IMG/VR virus record: IMGVR_UViG_3300033072_001201
Span: 14,663-78,662 of that record
Direction: 5' to 3' (one strand)
Length of the DNA stretch: 64,000 nt
Source of the DNA: a virus
Lineage: Duplodnaviria; Caudoviricetes
Shown: positions 36,418 to 46,428 of the stretch, piece by piece
Layout: each line of letters opens with the position of its first letter
Position numbering within the stretch: position 1 is the stretch's first letter
Notes under the pieces: generated by a model
What the model saw: the letters and a program-made list of their open reading frames with translations, nothing else
What the model was told of the DNA's origin: nothing
Database searches by the model: none
Translations under genes and position numbers: made by a program

Positions 36418-37316
36418 GTATTTAAAAATTTAAGATTCTATATTATAATCCAATATCTGGTATAATTATATTTATTTATAGTCTGAAGAATTTTATCGTT
36501 TAACAGAAAATTGATTGTTGAGTCAACTAGTCAACAAATCAGAGAAACGGCGCAAGGAAACCGCGCAAATCCCTAGTGGGGCGGACAGTTGAGCCGGCCG
36601 GGAAAGGGGGCGGAAGGTGGCAGGAAACGAGCAATTGGGCGACGCGAGAGAGTTTGGGCGCGGAAGTTCTCCGCCAAAAATTGAAAATAAATCGCCAAAA
36701 TACTAATAATTGGTCAATGTTAAAGTATTTTCAAATGAGTTTGCAAATCAATAATGGTTATTTGACCTAATTATTAACTGGTTTGACGAATTAATTTTGG
36801 CGGTGAATTATTTATCGAAAAAATAAATAGAAACTTTATTGTAGATTATAAAGTTTGGTTGGTGATTTATTTTTTGGCGGCATTTTGATTTCGCGGCAGA
36901 GTTATTTTTCGCGGTGGAGTTTGCAAAGGAAATAATGCAGAAAATAAATACGAAAATAAATAGAGAAATTGATTTAATTTACCTATGGAAATAAATAGAA
37001 AAGACGAATTATTTATTGACTGATTTTTCAGTCTAAAAATAAATAAGACAAATAGAAAAATCTGATATAGAAATACTATAAGGAGATACTAGAAAGAATA
37101 GAAATGATGTTTGATTAATTTTTATGTATGATTATAAAATTAGGCTTTTATATTATACTATAATAAATCTCCCTAAAATAAATCCTCCTATCATTTTTTG
37201 TATATCACCTGACATTTTTTGCTAGTCAAATTGAAATTTCTGGTCAAAAATAATTCCTTTATCCTCTTTTTCTATGTTTACTACTAGTATTTTCTTCAAT
37301 CGGCCGGGTGAAAAGT

Positions 37317-37595
37317 TATAATAGAGGCAAATGGCCCTATTAGTAAATTACTCATCTAGGGTAAATTACCTATATGCTATTTAATTTTTCGCATTTATTT
37401 TTAATTAGCCTCCTAACTATATTTGCATAAAAGTGTTTTTTGACTATAGCTTGGATTCAAATTTTTCCGGGTTTAATACAAAAAATCACCATTTTTAGCC
37501 AAAATAAATAGTTTGACGAATTATTTTATTTGTAGGGTAAAATACCTATATGCAAACATTAAATTTCCGTCCTATAATAGAGGCTTTCGGCCCTA
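37317..37595. repeat. Two repeated motifs arranged A-B...B-A in a long non-coding region
   Basis: A = TATAATAGAGGC-N4-GGCCCTA (37317, 37573); B = TAGGGTAAA(T/A)TACCTATATGC (37357, 37533). Confidence 0.75.
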
Positions 37596-37873
37596 GTGAT
37601 TTGCAAACACAAATGAAAAACGGCAATTATTTTATCTACCACTAATTATTTTTTGCTTTCAACTAATTATTTTTTGTTATTTTGGCTATTTAATTTTGCA
37701 AACCAATTTTTTGTCTAATTATTAATTTGGCCTATAATTATTTTACAAAAAGTTCCTCGCAGAAAAAAATTGTCTAATCTCTTTTTCTGTGCTACCTTTA
37801 GACAGTTGGGCGATTTCTGCTCAAAAGTTTTATTTTTACCCTAATATAAAACAATAAAACCTTTATTTTAACT

Positions 37874-38026
37874 ATGAAAACTTATGTTTTTAAAGTTATT
37901 TATGGCGATGATTATTTTATTGAGGAAGTCATCGCGGATTGTATTCAATCGGCCGAAAAAGAAATAGAAGCTCTTTATATGTATTTTGGCAAAAATTATT
38001 ATTATCGTTTGATCAAAACGAAGTAA
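37874..38026 (+). CDS. Small hypothetical protein (50 aa, not in ORF track)
   Basis: ATG after a promoter-like TTGTCT..TGCTACCTT. Confidence 0.55.
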   Translation: MKTYVFKVIYGDDYFIEEVIADCIQSAEKEIEALYMYFGKNYYYRLIKTK

Positions 38027-38043
38027 TAAAAACCATTCCTAAT

Positions 38044-38193
38044 ATGAGCTATAAAATCACCGCGTTTTCTAACTGGCAACCGCCACAAGTATTTTTCGCC
38101 GAAAGTATTGAAGAAGCGAAAGAAATAAAGGCCGGACTGAAAAATCAACAGTATCTTGTTGAAATTGAAAAAGTTGCAGAAATTGTAGAATAA
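38044..38193 (+). CDS. Small hypothetical protein
   Basis: ATG at 38044. Confidence 0.55.
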   Translation: MSYKITAFSNWQPPQVFFAESIEEAKEIKAGLKNQQYLVEIEKVAEIVE

Positions 38194-38236
38194 CAGCAAC
38201 AATAATAATATTTCATCAAAATAACCCCTCCAAATT

Positions 38237-38554
38237 ATGAAAAATAATTCAACTAATAATACAATCGTCGATAAACTCCCAGCGAATTGCGAATTTGTAG
38301 AGACAAATTTTTACAAAATTTATCGTTATTATGCCACTGATATTGTCAAAATTGAAAATGATAATGTTGGAACGAAAGTTACTTTGCAAACTGGAGGTTA
38401 TTATACAAAATCGACAAAAATGCATATGATTAATTTTCTTGCCCGAGAAGGAATTAATATCGATATTGCGTTTAAAATCGGAAAATATAGTGTCTTTTAT
38501 AAGGGGCGGGAAATTCCCTTTAATATGAAAGATGTTTGTGAGTTTTATTGCTAG
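38237..38554 (+). CDS. Hypothetical protein
   Basis: 105 aa; Y.TDIV...L.TGGY.T.STK..IN motif; CCCCTCC leader. Confidence 0.7.
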   Translation: MKNNSTNNTIVDKLPANCEFVETNFYKIYRYYATDIVKIENDNVGTKVTLQTGGYYTKSTKMHMINFLAREGINIDIAFKIGKYSVFYKGREIPFNMKDVCEFYC

Positions 38555-39771
38555 ACTTTTAAGTTTAAAGACTAAATGGCGCTTGTAAATCCCTTATAAT
38601 CAAATAGATAGCTGCATAGTAACTAATAAATAGCTGCGCGGCGGCTAAATAAACGATCTATAATTATGATAAACAACCAATCTGCAAATAATAATAACTC
38701 GGCAAATTCACAAACTGATCTTTCAGAAGACGATAAAGCGCAAATAATTAAATCGTGGATGGGATAATAGGCAAAGTGTTTGTTTATAGGCGAAATAAAT
38801 AGCTGAAAATAAATCCTTTTAACCTAAATACTCCCTCCAAATGATTATTTTATTCGTCCTGTTTGCTTTAGTTATTTGCAATAAAGTTTATAATAAGATT
38901 GCGAGTTGATAATAAATGGCGAAATAAATAATAGATAGCGCAAAATAAATGCCCGATGATTAAGTTTGTCGGGTTTTTGTTTGCAAATATAGTATCCTAA
39001 AAGTGAATACACAAGAGCGAAATATATAATATATGTTATTATAAAGGTCTGTATCTGATTTATAATAACGAATTATATGTCATTGATCTATAACTACTTA
39101 TAATAATCAGTTGAATTGTATTATAAGTTTGGGTATATATTTTTTGTCAATAGATTATATGCCAAATTTACATATTTTTTACAATTTTGTCCTGTTTAAT
39201 TTTTTACTTATTTTTTACCTTTAAAGTCTTGAGTATTTATTTTTCGATACTATATCCACAAAAACACTACAACGCAAAAGTCAAACGCCGAAAGTGTCGT
39301 CTAGCATTTTTACAATTTTTTTACCATACCCCGTGGTGGTGGTCCCCTACCCTCGGCGGACTTCGCCTGTTGAAAAAAGCCTAGCAGATTGGGTGGAAAG
39401 GTCAAGCGCCCAAACGTAAAAATTGTGTAAAGATTTGCAAACCAATGATTTGTAAAAAGATTGTAAAGAACTACTTGCGCCAATTATTTTGTTGCCTGAT
39501 TTATTTTGCCAGCTATTCGCGCGCACACGTTACGCGCGCGCATATTATTAAACACTAGAAACGTAAGGACGAGAGAACTACGCAAACCTTGTCAAGTAAA
39601 CCGGGACTTTTTTACAAAACATTTACTTCGTGTAAAAAACAGAAAAACGCGTCGAAGGTGTTGACGGAAACTAAAGGAGGGTGTTTGTTGTGTGCATCGA
39701 AAGGGAGCATCGCTCCTAATCACCCACCCAAACGGGCAATTGCCCAAACCGTCAGAACGAAAGTCAATACT

Positions 39772-40239
39772 ATGGCCAAAAACGAAAAGAATAGCACCGC
39801 CACCAAGTCCGCCACCGCTTCTTCCCTTGCTCGCCTTGCCGAAATCAAGGCGAAACAGGAAGAGGCTCGTAAGCTCCTCGCCAGTCTGGCGCAGGAAGCC
39901 GAGAACGAGAGCAAGGCGATTAAGGAGGAGGTCGCCGACAAGATTGCGACGCTACCCGAGCTTTTCGGCGTCGCCACTGTCGCCGATGTCCGGTCCCTGA
40001 TTTCGGACTATCTCCGCGCCGCTTCCACGGGCAACTCGCCTCGCACGAAGTTTTCGGCCGAAACGAAGGCGAAGGCCATTGAGCTTTACAAAGCCGGTCG
40101 TAAGGCCGATGCCACCACCGAGGAACGTGTCGCCGGGCAACGTAGTGCGATCATGGAAACGATCGGATGCAGCGCCCCGACTCTCCAGAATTGGCTCGAC
40201 GAAGCCGGACTTGTCAACAAGCGCAATGCCGTCGCCTGA
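39772..40239 (+). CDS. GC-rich coiled-coil plus HTH DNA-binding protein (resembles Opitutae/Verrucomicrobiota nucleoid-associated HTH proteins)
   Basis: SLARLAEIK..coiled coil..LPELFG...RTKFSAETKAKAIELY...IGCSAPTLQNW; about 60% GC by spot count; family assignment from memory. Confidence 0.7.
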   Translation: MAKNEKNSTATKSATASSLARLAEIKAKQEEARKLLASLAQEAENESKAIKEEVADKIATLPELFGVATVADVRSLISDYLRAASTGNSPRTKFSAETKAKAIELYKAGRKADATTEERVAGQRSAIMETIGCSAPTLQNWLDEAGLVNKRNAVA

Positions 40240-40309
40240 TTGGTCTCCTATTCGTGCCCTCATTCGTGAGGGCATTTTATAGCAGATTAACTAACACCCC
40301 CAAACACCC

Positions 40310-40405
40310 ATGAAGTCCCCTCGTTTTCTCGTTCAAGTTGCCGAAACCATCGTTTGCGCTGCGATTGGCGCATTGATCGGCTGGCTTGCTTCCCTTGCTC
40401 TCTAA
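40310..40405 (+). CDS. 31-aa single-TM peptide (GC-rich, not in ORF track)
   Basis: MKSPRFLVQVAETIVCAAIGALIGWLASLAL. Confidence 0.5.
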   Translation: MKSPRFLVQVAETIVCAAIGALIGWLASLAL

Positions 40406-40424
40406 CAATCAATTTCCCCTCTTT

Positions 40425-40745
40425 ATGCTTTCCCTTTCTCCTACCCTCGCCAAACGGGTGGCAATTGCCCTAGAAACAGTTGCCCGCGCCCCCCTTGCTC
40501 CTATCGTCAACCGTGACACCCCGCGCAACTTGTCGGCCCTTCCGCCTTCTATTCGTGCGCTTCCTGTTGAATTGCAGGTTGCGGAATTGGCAAACATGCT
40601 GGCCGATGCCCGCGCTCAGCGAAACGACCGCAACGGAGTTGTGCAGGATTTGCGCAAACGCCTTATGTTTTCGGAGCAAGCTTGCGGACGCGCGTTGCGC
40701 GAACTCGACCACGCCAGACAACAAATCGAAACCCTTTCCCGCTAG
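40425..40745 (+). CDS. GC-rich coiled-coil hypothetical protein
   Basis: 106 aa, followed by a terminator. Confidence 0.6.
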   Translation: MLSLSPTLAKRVAIALETVARAPLAPIVNRDTPRNLSALPPSIRALPVELQVAELANMLADARAQRNDRNGVVQDLRKRLMFSEQACGRALRELDHARQQIETLSR

Positions 40746-40752
40746 TTTTATA

Positions 40753-40790
40753 AAACCCCCGGTTTTGCCTAATAAGCAAGCCGGGGTTTA
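40753..40790 (+). terminator. Intrinsic terminator
   Basis: CCCCGG..TTGC/GCAA..CCGGGG plus T-run. Confidence 0.7.
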
Positions 40791-40872
40791 ACTTTGCCCA
40801 TATAGTATCTATAAACTAATGACATATAACAAAGAGGGGATGGAATATATAGTAATCAACAATCTAATACAT

Positions 40873-40894
40873 GCAATATAGGGTATTTACCCTA
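40873..40894 (-). repeat. Inverted copy of motif B (near-palindrome TAGGGTATTTACCCTA)
   Basis: Reverse complement TAGGGTAAATACCCTATATTGC matches the 37357/37533 copies. Confidence 0.65.
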
Positions 40895-41792
40895 GAATGA
40901 CACGTAGGTAATGGATCAATACGGACGTATGGAGAAAGTAGATATGTAACCATAAAACCAATATGCAATTTGTATTTATAGGGTGAATATGGATGTAGTT
41001 ATAGGGTGTATACCCCTTTTACGAATTTTTTACAATTGGGTCGGCGGGGTTGCGGCGTGCATGGCCCTCCTCCACGCAACATCAATATTAAAATTAAATA
41101 ACATTTTTTATTATACTTTTTCTGAATGATTCTTTGTATTATTGGTATATCAAACTCATACCCATACCCCTTTTAAAAAATCCTAAAAATCTTTATAGAA
41201 AAATTCATAAAATTATTTAATAAAAATGGGGAATATCTTCTTATGTAAGATACAAACAACATTTATTTTAGAAAAGTTTTATTATTTATTCTAAAGAATC
41301 TTTTATTCCTTCTTTGTATCCTAATTATCTATCCCGATATCAAACCCAAATCTAAGAACATTTTTTATTCTTCTCCTTGTAGAATAATCTACCTATTCTT
41401 TATCTCTCTCTTACTATTTTAATACTATCCTTTGAAGGGGCATAGGGGTATTATTTATTGGAAAACTAATTTTTTATCAAAATAATTACTTCAAAAAAAT
41501 AAAAATTTTTGAACTAAAAATTTAATTCAATTTCGTCTTTAATATTTTTAATAATATAAAGAGCCATTATAATAAAGAATAATACCATAAATAAAAAGAT
41601 TTGTTTACTTACTCTCTCTATCCTAATCTTCTTTCGCCGAAACTCAAGCGCAAAATTGATTGGCGATTTATTTCGGCGGGAAACTCCTCGCCCGGCCGAA
41701 TGTCATTTTCTGAAAATCTGGACGCGCCAAAATTCCGAAATAATTACTTAAAATTAAAAAATTTTCGGAAGAGATTTTTACAAAACCATTTT

Positions 41793-43721
41793 TTAAAATA
41801 ATTGAAAATTAAAATCATTATCGAAAGCGTCAGAATCCGGTAAATTTAAACTATCGACATAAAGCTTGCAACACCAGTTAGCCAAAAATAATGCAGAATA
41901 ACTATCCTTCCTCGCCCTATTAGGATTTTTATTCCGGCGAACACTAGACGGTAAATCATAAGAAACAGAACCTAATCTACTAACCGTTGGTTCTATTAGC
42001 GCACATTCTTTTTTTGTCTGATCCATCAGTAAATCTTGATTTTGAATAAAATAATATTGATCGCCCGCGCTACTATTCTTGCCATCTTTATCGGTAAAAG
42101 TAGTAACGAATTCGGGATGAGTTTTATAAATATCCCCAATGTTAATCATTTGGAGTTTTTCAACCAAATTGGGAACCGCGAGTGCTTTGCCCGCAAACAA
42201 TAAATCACCGAAATCAAAACAAGCTTTCATGTACTCGTTTGCTGCTTTTTGGAAAGATGCATGAAAATATTGTTTTTGAACAATCCGCTTTGCGACTAAA
42301 GAATAAGAGTTCCTAACTTGCTTAGTTAAATCCTCAAATCCTTCGCGGGTAGAATCCAATTCAATAGGTAGTAAATTAATATTTTTTAATTTAAATAATT
42401 CCGATTCATTACAAATATTAATAAAATCCATATTGTCACCTTGGGAAGTATCGCAACCAATATAAACAATATTAAAGTTTCGGAGCAGGTAATAAAAATA
42501 ATCTATATGATGTTTTAGTTCAACGCCCGCACAAGCATATTGATGAACTACCAGCCCAATTTTTTTATTATTTTTAGGATTAGTAATTATTTTTAATACG
42601 CACATCGCGAAATGGTCAGAACTTTCAGACGCTGACATATTAGGATCAATACCAAGAATATATTCTGCTGATGGGTCGCCCTTTATTTCGATTGTCGGAG
42701 TATTACCGTCTGGAATTGTGCATTCAGCCATTTTTTGCGCGGAGAAGTATCCATCAGAATTTTGAGTGAAGATTGCGCGATATTCTCTATCAATAACAGA
42801 TTGCGGGATTTGACCAGAAGTTATTTCTTTTTCGATTGCTGGATCAAGAATTGTTTTCGGAATTGTTTCCCAAGATAATTGTTGGACTAAATAAGACGCC
42901 TCGCCAGTTGTGCCGCGTTCTGCCGAATCATAAATTTCTTGCAGATATTTTTTATATCTAGTAAAAAGAGACTCCCATTGATAAGAAGCAGATGACAAAA
43001 TTATCATTTTCGACGTAGATTTACGTTTTCTTTTATCGAAGATAATACCTTTCTCTTCTAACTTTTTCTCTAATTCTGCTCTTTGCTGATTTTTTTCTAC
43101 GTCAGAAGATGCGGCCAAGAATGGTTTAAGAACCATTTCAATAACATTTTCGGGAATAAGTAATCCTTCGTCAATAAAAAGGACATTACAACGTTGACCA
43201 CGAAGTTTATTGGAATCGCCGAGAGGAACCGCTTTAATCGTTGATCCATTTTTAAAATGAACAACACATTCATCTTGGCGGCGAACAATTTCTTTACTAA
43301 AAGTTTGTTTTAATAAGACTCCGCCCAAACTTGTTTCGCTTGGTTTCTTATCCGCCCATTCTTGAATCTTATCAACTATTGAACGACTTGAGCGGAAAGT
43401 GGCGGAGACTAAAAGAATTTTAGACTTGGGATAAAAAATTGCATAAAGAATTGCAAATGCTGCCGCCATTGTACTTTTACCCCACCCACGCGAGGCGATG
43501 GTCATTATGAAATTATTATTAAACCAACCTTTTAAAATTAATCGCTGTGTTGGCTCTAAAGAAACACCGGTGAGAATCTTAGTCGCAAACCCAATATTAT
43601 ATCTCAAAAATTCGCAAAGATATTTTCGTGCCTCTTCTTCTTCAAGTTCGCCGTTGATGGCTAATAGACGTTTATTAACGTCTTCTAATTCTGTTTCTGA
43701 TTTGACGCCTTCGATTATCAT
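41793..43721 (-). CDS. terL: Terminase large subunit
   Basis: Walker A ASRGWGKS, LRGQRCNVLFIDE, IILSSA, nuclease LGIDP, C-terminal KDSYSAL. Confidence 0.93.
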   Translation of the reverse strand: MIIEGVKSETELEDVNKRLLAINGELEEEEARKYLCEFLRYNIGFATKILTGVSLEPTQRLILKGWFNNNFIMTIASRGWGKSTMAAAFAILYAIFYPKSKILLVSATFRSSRSIVDKIQEWADKKPSETSLGGVLLKQTFSKEIVRRQDECVVHFKNGSTIKAVPLGDSNKLRGQRCNVLFIDEGLLIPENVIEMVLKPFLAASSDVEKNQQRAELEKKLEEKGIIFDKRKRKSTSKMIILSSASYQWESLFTRYKKYLQEIYDSAERGTTGEASYLVQQLSWETIPKTILDPAIEKEITSGQIPQSVIDREYRAIFTQNSDGYFSAQKMAECTIPDGNTPTIEIKGDPSAEYILGIDPNMSASESSDHFAMCVLKIITNPKNNKKIGLVVHQYACAGVELKHHIDYFYYLLRNFNIVYIGCDTSQGDNMDFINICNESELFKLKNINLLPIELDSTREGFEDLTKQVRNSYSLVAKRIVQKQYFHASFQKAANEYMKACFDFGDLLFAGKALAVPNLVEKLQMINIGDIYKTHPEFVTTFTDKDGKNSSAGDQYYFIQNQDLLMDQTKKECALIEPTVSRLGSVSYDLPSSVRRNKNPNRARKDSYSALFLANWCCKLYVDSLNLPDSDAFDNDFNFQLF

Positions 43722-43738
43722 ATTTAAAAGTAATTATA

Positions 43739-44671
43739 TTATTTTAATTCTCCCTTTTCCCAATAATATTGTAAATCAAGATTTTTAACCTGTGCTCCCA
43801 GCGCAAAAATAGAAAGTAATATTTTAGATGCATCAATTCGCCCATCCACAAAAAGACATTGTAGATTGTTTGGATATTTTGTCAATAATTCGCGCAGGCG
43901 CTTAAAGATAAAAGAGGGTTTGGCTTTGGCATGGCGCATATAAGGGAGATAATCAAAACTTAATGCGGAATTAATATCTTCCTCTACCATTATTACTATA
44001 TAACTATCTAGTTGAATGGCTCTCTCGATTTCGCGTTGGAATCTGTCATAACCAGAAGAAAGCGTTGAACAAAAATCGTTTAAACTTTTCCTCTCGACAA
44101 AAATATTATTCGTCGAATCCTTTAATCCATAATCCCCGACTTTTAAAGTTCCGTGCTCTGTCGCGCAACTTAGCCGCAATTCTTTTTGCTCACGATTATC
44201 AATAATAATAGTTGGATTATTAAGTTTATTATAAACTAACTCAACGTCATATTTATATCTTGTTTTATATCCCAACTCCTCGCATATTTTGTTATAACCG
44301 CCATTAGATTCAAAATAGGGGACGGAAGGACAAAATAGAGAACGGAGTTCTGTTTGAGATGGGGAATAAATTAATTGTTTGTCGGTCTTGCGGTTAAAAA
44401 GATAATTTTTACTCCATTCCAATCCCTTGTCTGGAAAATTTTTAATATATCGCTTTAAATTATTTTTATTCAAAAAGTCAGATGTAAAATATTGATCAAT
44501 ATCTTTATAGATAATCTTCTCTCCCGTCAATAAATCTTTGCGCGGGAAGTATTCCTCAAAATAATCAGATTGCTTAATCTTGAAACGTTTTAAATGCGCT
44601 TTTAACTCGTCAATTGTTTTAAAGTCTTCTCCGCCAAAGAAATTTTGAAATATATTTTTAGGTAAACTCAT
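43739..44671 (-). CDS. ERCC4/XPF-family nuclease
   Basis: IIIDNREQ..GDYGL..VERKSLNDF. Confidence 0.85.
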   Translation of the reverse strand: MSLPKNIFQNFFGGEDFKTIDELKAHLKRFKIKQSDYFEEYFPRKDLLTGEKIIYKDIDQYFTSDFLNKNNLKRYIKNFPDKGLEWSKNYLFNRKTDKQLIYSPSQTELRSLFCPSVPYFESNGGYNKICEELGYKTRYKYDVELVYNKLNNPTIIIDNREQKELRLSCATEHGTLKVGDYGLKDSTNNIFVERKSLNDFCSTLSSGYDRFQREIERAIQLDSYIVIMVEEDINSALSFDYLPYMRHAKAKPSFIFKRLRELLTKYPNNLQCLFVDGRIDASKILLSIFALGAQVKNLDLQYYWEKGELK

Positions 44672-45240
44672 TTTCTTTTCATTAAAAACATTGTATGGCG
44701 TGTTTTACCAAAACCGTTCAATTGATATTTTTCTTTAATGTAAAATTTTCTAAAAATATATTCTGTCAAAAGTTTATCGCAATTCGCAACACCGTTTTCT
44801 ATAAAAATTAATTTATCCCCTTGATACCTTTGAATTGCTTCATAAAAATCTTGTGAATTAAGGGGTGGGTGACTGATAAATAAACAATTTGTTTTAATCA
44901 ACTCTATTGCTTTTTGGGCTGATGATTGATATATTGAACAAAATGCCGCTTCATTGTTTAAAATATCAGACGGAAAAATTTTAATTTTCTGTTCTTTTAG
45001 ATACGCCGCCCAAAGGCCAAGGCCAGAACCTAGTTCTAAAACAATATCGTTGTGGATAAAGTATTTGAGTTTTTGAATCAGAAAATTATTTGGAATCTCC
45101 TCGCCGAATTTAGACATGAACTCTTTTTTCGCGGCGATTTCGTCATTTATTACTCGGAATCCTTGGGTTTTTATTTTAGCAAAACTGTCGATTTTTGGCA
45201 GATTTTGAGTTAAAAAGAAGGTATTTTGGTTAAAATTCAT
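44668..45240 (-). CDS. Class I SAM-dependent methyltransferase-like protein
   Basis: VLELGSGLGLWA motif I. Confidence 0.75.
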   Translation of the reverse strand: MNFNQNTFFLTQNLPKIDSFAKIKTQGFRVINDEIAAKKEFMSKFGEEIPNNFLIQKLKYFIHNDIVLELGSGLGLWAAYLKEQKIKIFPSDILNNEAAFCSIYQSSAQKAIELIKTNCLFISHPPLNSQDFYEAIQRYQGDKLIFIENGVANCDKLLTEYIFRKFYIKEKYQLNGFGKTRHTMFLMKRK

Positions 45241-45318
45241 TAATTTTGGTTTGTTTTATATCTTAAATTACTAATTTTACTATGTTTTTATGTTAAATCT
45301 TAAACTAAGTCAATCAAA

Positions 45319-46428
45319 TTATCGCATTAAGTCCTTAATACTCATCCCAGCAATTAATGCAACAACTTGATCCATATTATTAAGTTTATCTATTTCTACT
45401 GCATCAGCTTTTTTCTCTAACTCCGCAATTTCTATTAATTCTTTACGATCTTTTTCTTTTTGAAATGCTTCAACAAGATTAAGAATAGATGCATTTTGGT
45501 CTAGCCTGTTTTTCAGACGAATTGAACGAGATTCTGTTAGTTCGGCTAGTAGTTTTTTTTGTCGTTCTTTTGAAGCTTCCCATTTGCCGCGAGCAGCATT
45601 GATAAGCTCTACCATTGACATTGACATTTTTTTCTTTTCGTTATCATCACCAGATAACCATTCATTGATATTAGTATCAAGTTTTTGAATCGTTCGTTCA
45701 ATTTGCGCGGTGTTAACAATTTCAGAGCAAAGACCAATATATTGATGAATTTCTTCGGCCGTAAGATCAGGTTTATCATGACAAAATCGCATAAAGTTAC
45801 CTTCAAACAAATCGCGGTCTACTTTTTTCTCATATTGCGTGGCTTGGTAAACAAAGGTTGGCGATCTAACATAACCCATTAGTTGTTTTAAGCATTTTTC
45901 TTCATATGTTTTAAGACTTTGAATATTATAAAGAGTAGTGTCTGTTGCCCCCGTTGGCATATATTCATTTACACGCCCAATTAAATGGTTCATACTTTGG
46001 GGCGGACGATAATCTTTAGCATCAACGACTTCTTCATTTTTATCGAAATCTTCCGGGCTAAGACTTTTTATATATGCGGCAATTGCGCGAAATTCGCTAC
46101 TAAGTGGAGCAAGATTATGATTTTGAAAAACCATTCGCGTTATTTCGAGCGGTTTAATATTATTATTATAATTCGTTTCGATAAAATCTTTTTGCTCTTG
46201 GGTTAAAACTATTGGACCTTTTACGATTTTTTGAACCCTAATCATCTGCATATTATTAGATACCAGATAATCTTTTACTGCCTTCCCGCGAAGAGATCGC
46301 ATATCGGCCTTCGGGTCGTTCCAAGTTTGTTTGGATAATTCATTTAATTCTAATTTTTCAAAGTTATCATTGATAAACTTTTTTTGTTCTTCAGAAAGAA
46401 CATCTTTAGGTTTTTCGTTTGGAATCAT
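45319..46428 (-). CDS. Hypothetical helical protein (late operon)
   Basis: 369 aa, coiled-coil C-terminus, between sigma and terL. Confidence 0.8.
   Translation of the reverse strand: MIPNEKPKDVLSEEQKKFINDNFEKLELNELSKQTWNDPKADMRSLRGKAVKDYLVSNNMQMIRVQKIVKGPIVLTQEQKDFIETNYNNNIKPLEITRMVFQNHNLAPLSSEFRAIAAYIKSLSPEDFDKNEEVVDAKDYRPPQSMNHLIGRVNEYMPTGATDTTLYNIQSLKTYEEKCLKQLMGYVRSPTFVYQATQYEKKVDRDLFEGNFMRFCHDKPDLTAEEIHQYIGLCSEIVNTAQIERTIQKLDTNINEWLSGDDNEKKKMSMSMVELINAARGKWEASKERQKKLLAELTESRSIRLKNRLDQNASILNLVEAFQKEKDRKELIEIAELEKKADAVEIDKLNNMDQVVALIAGMSIKDLMR

Noticed and set aside
36576-36770. 64-aa ORF in a G-rich patch
   Set aside because: GTG start with no leader, low-complexity purine bias and no recognisable motif.
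38560-39000. Repeated AAATA(GAT)AGC words and 22-33 aa mini-ORFs
   Set aside because: Low-complexity AT-rich sequence with irregular spacing; cannot be told from chance by eye.
41601-41801. 66-aa ORF at the convergence point
   Set aside because: TTG start; overlaps a CGCCGAAA/TTTCGGCG hairpin that probably terminates the late operon.
45319-46428. Assignment as terminase small subunit
   Set aside because: Position is suggestive but no diagnostic motif was recognised; left as hypothetical.
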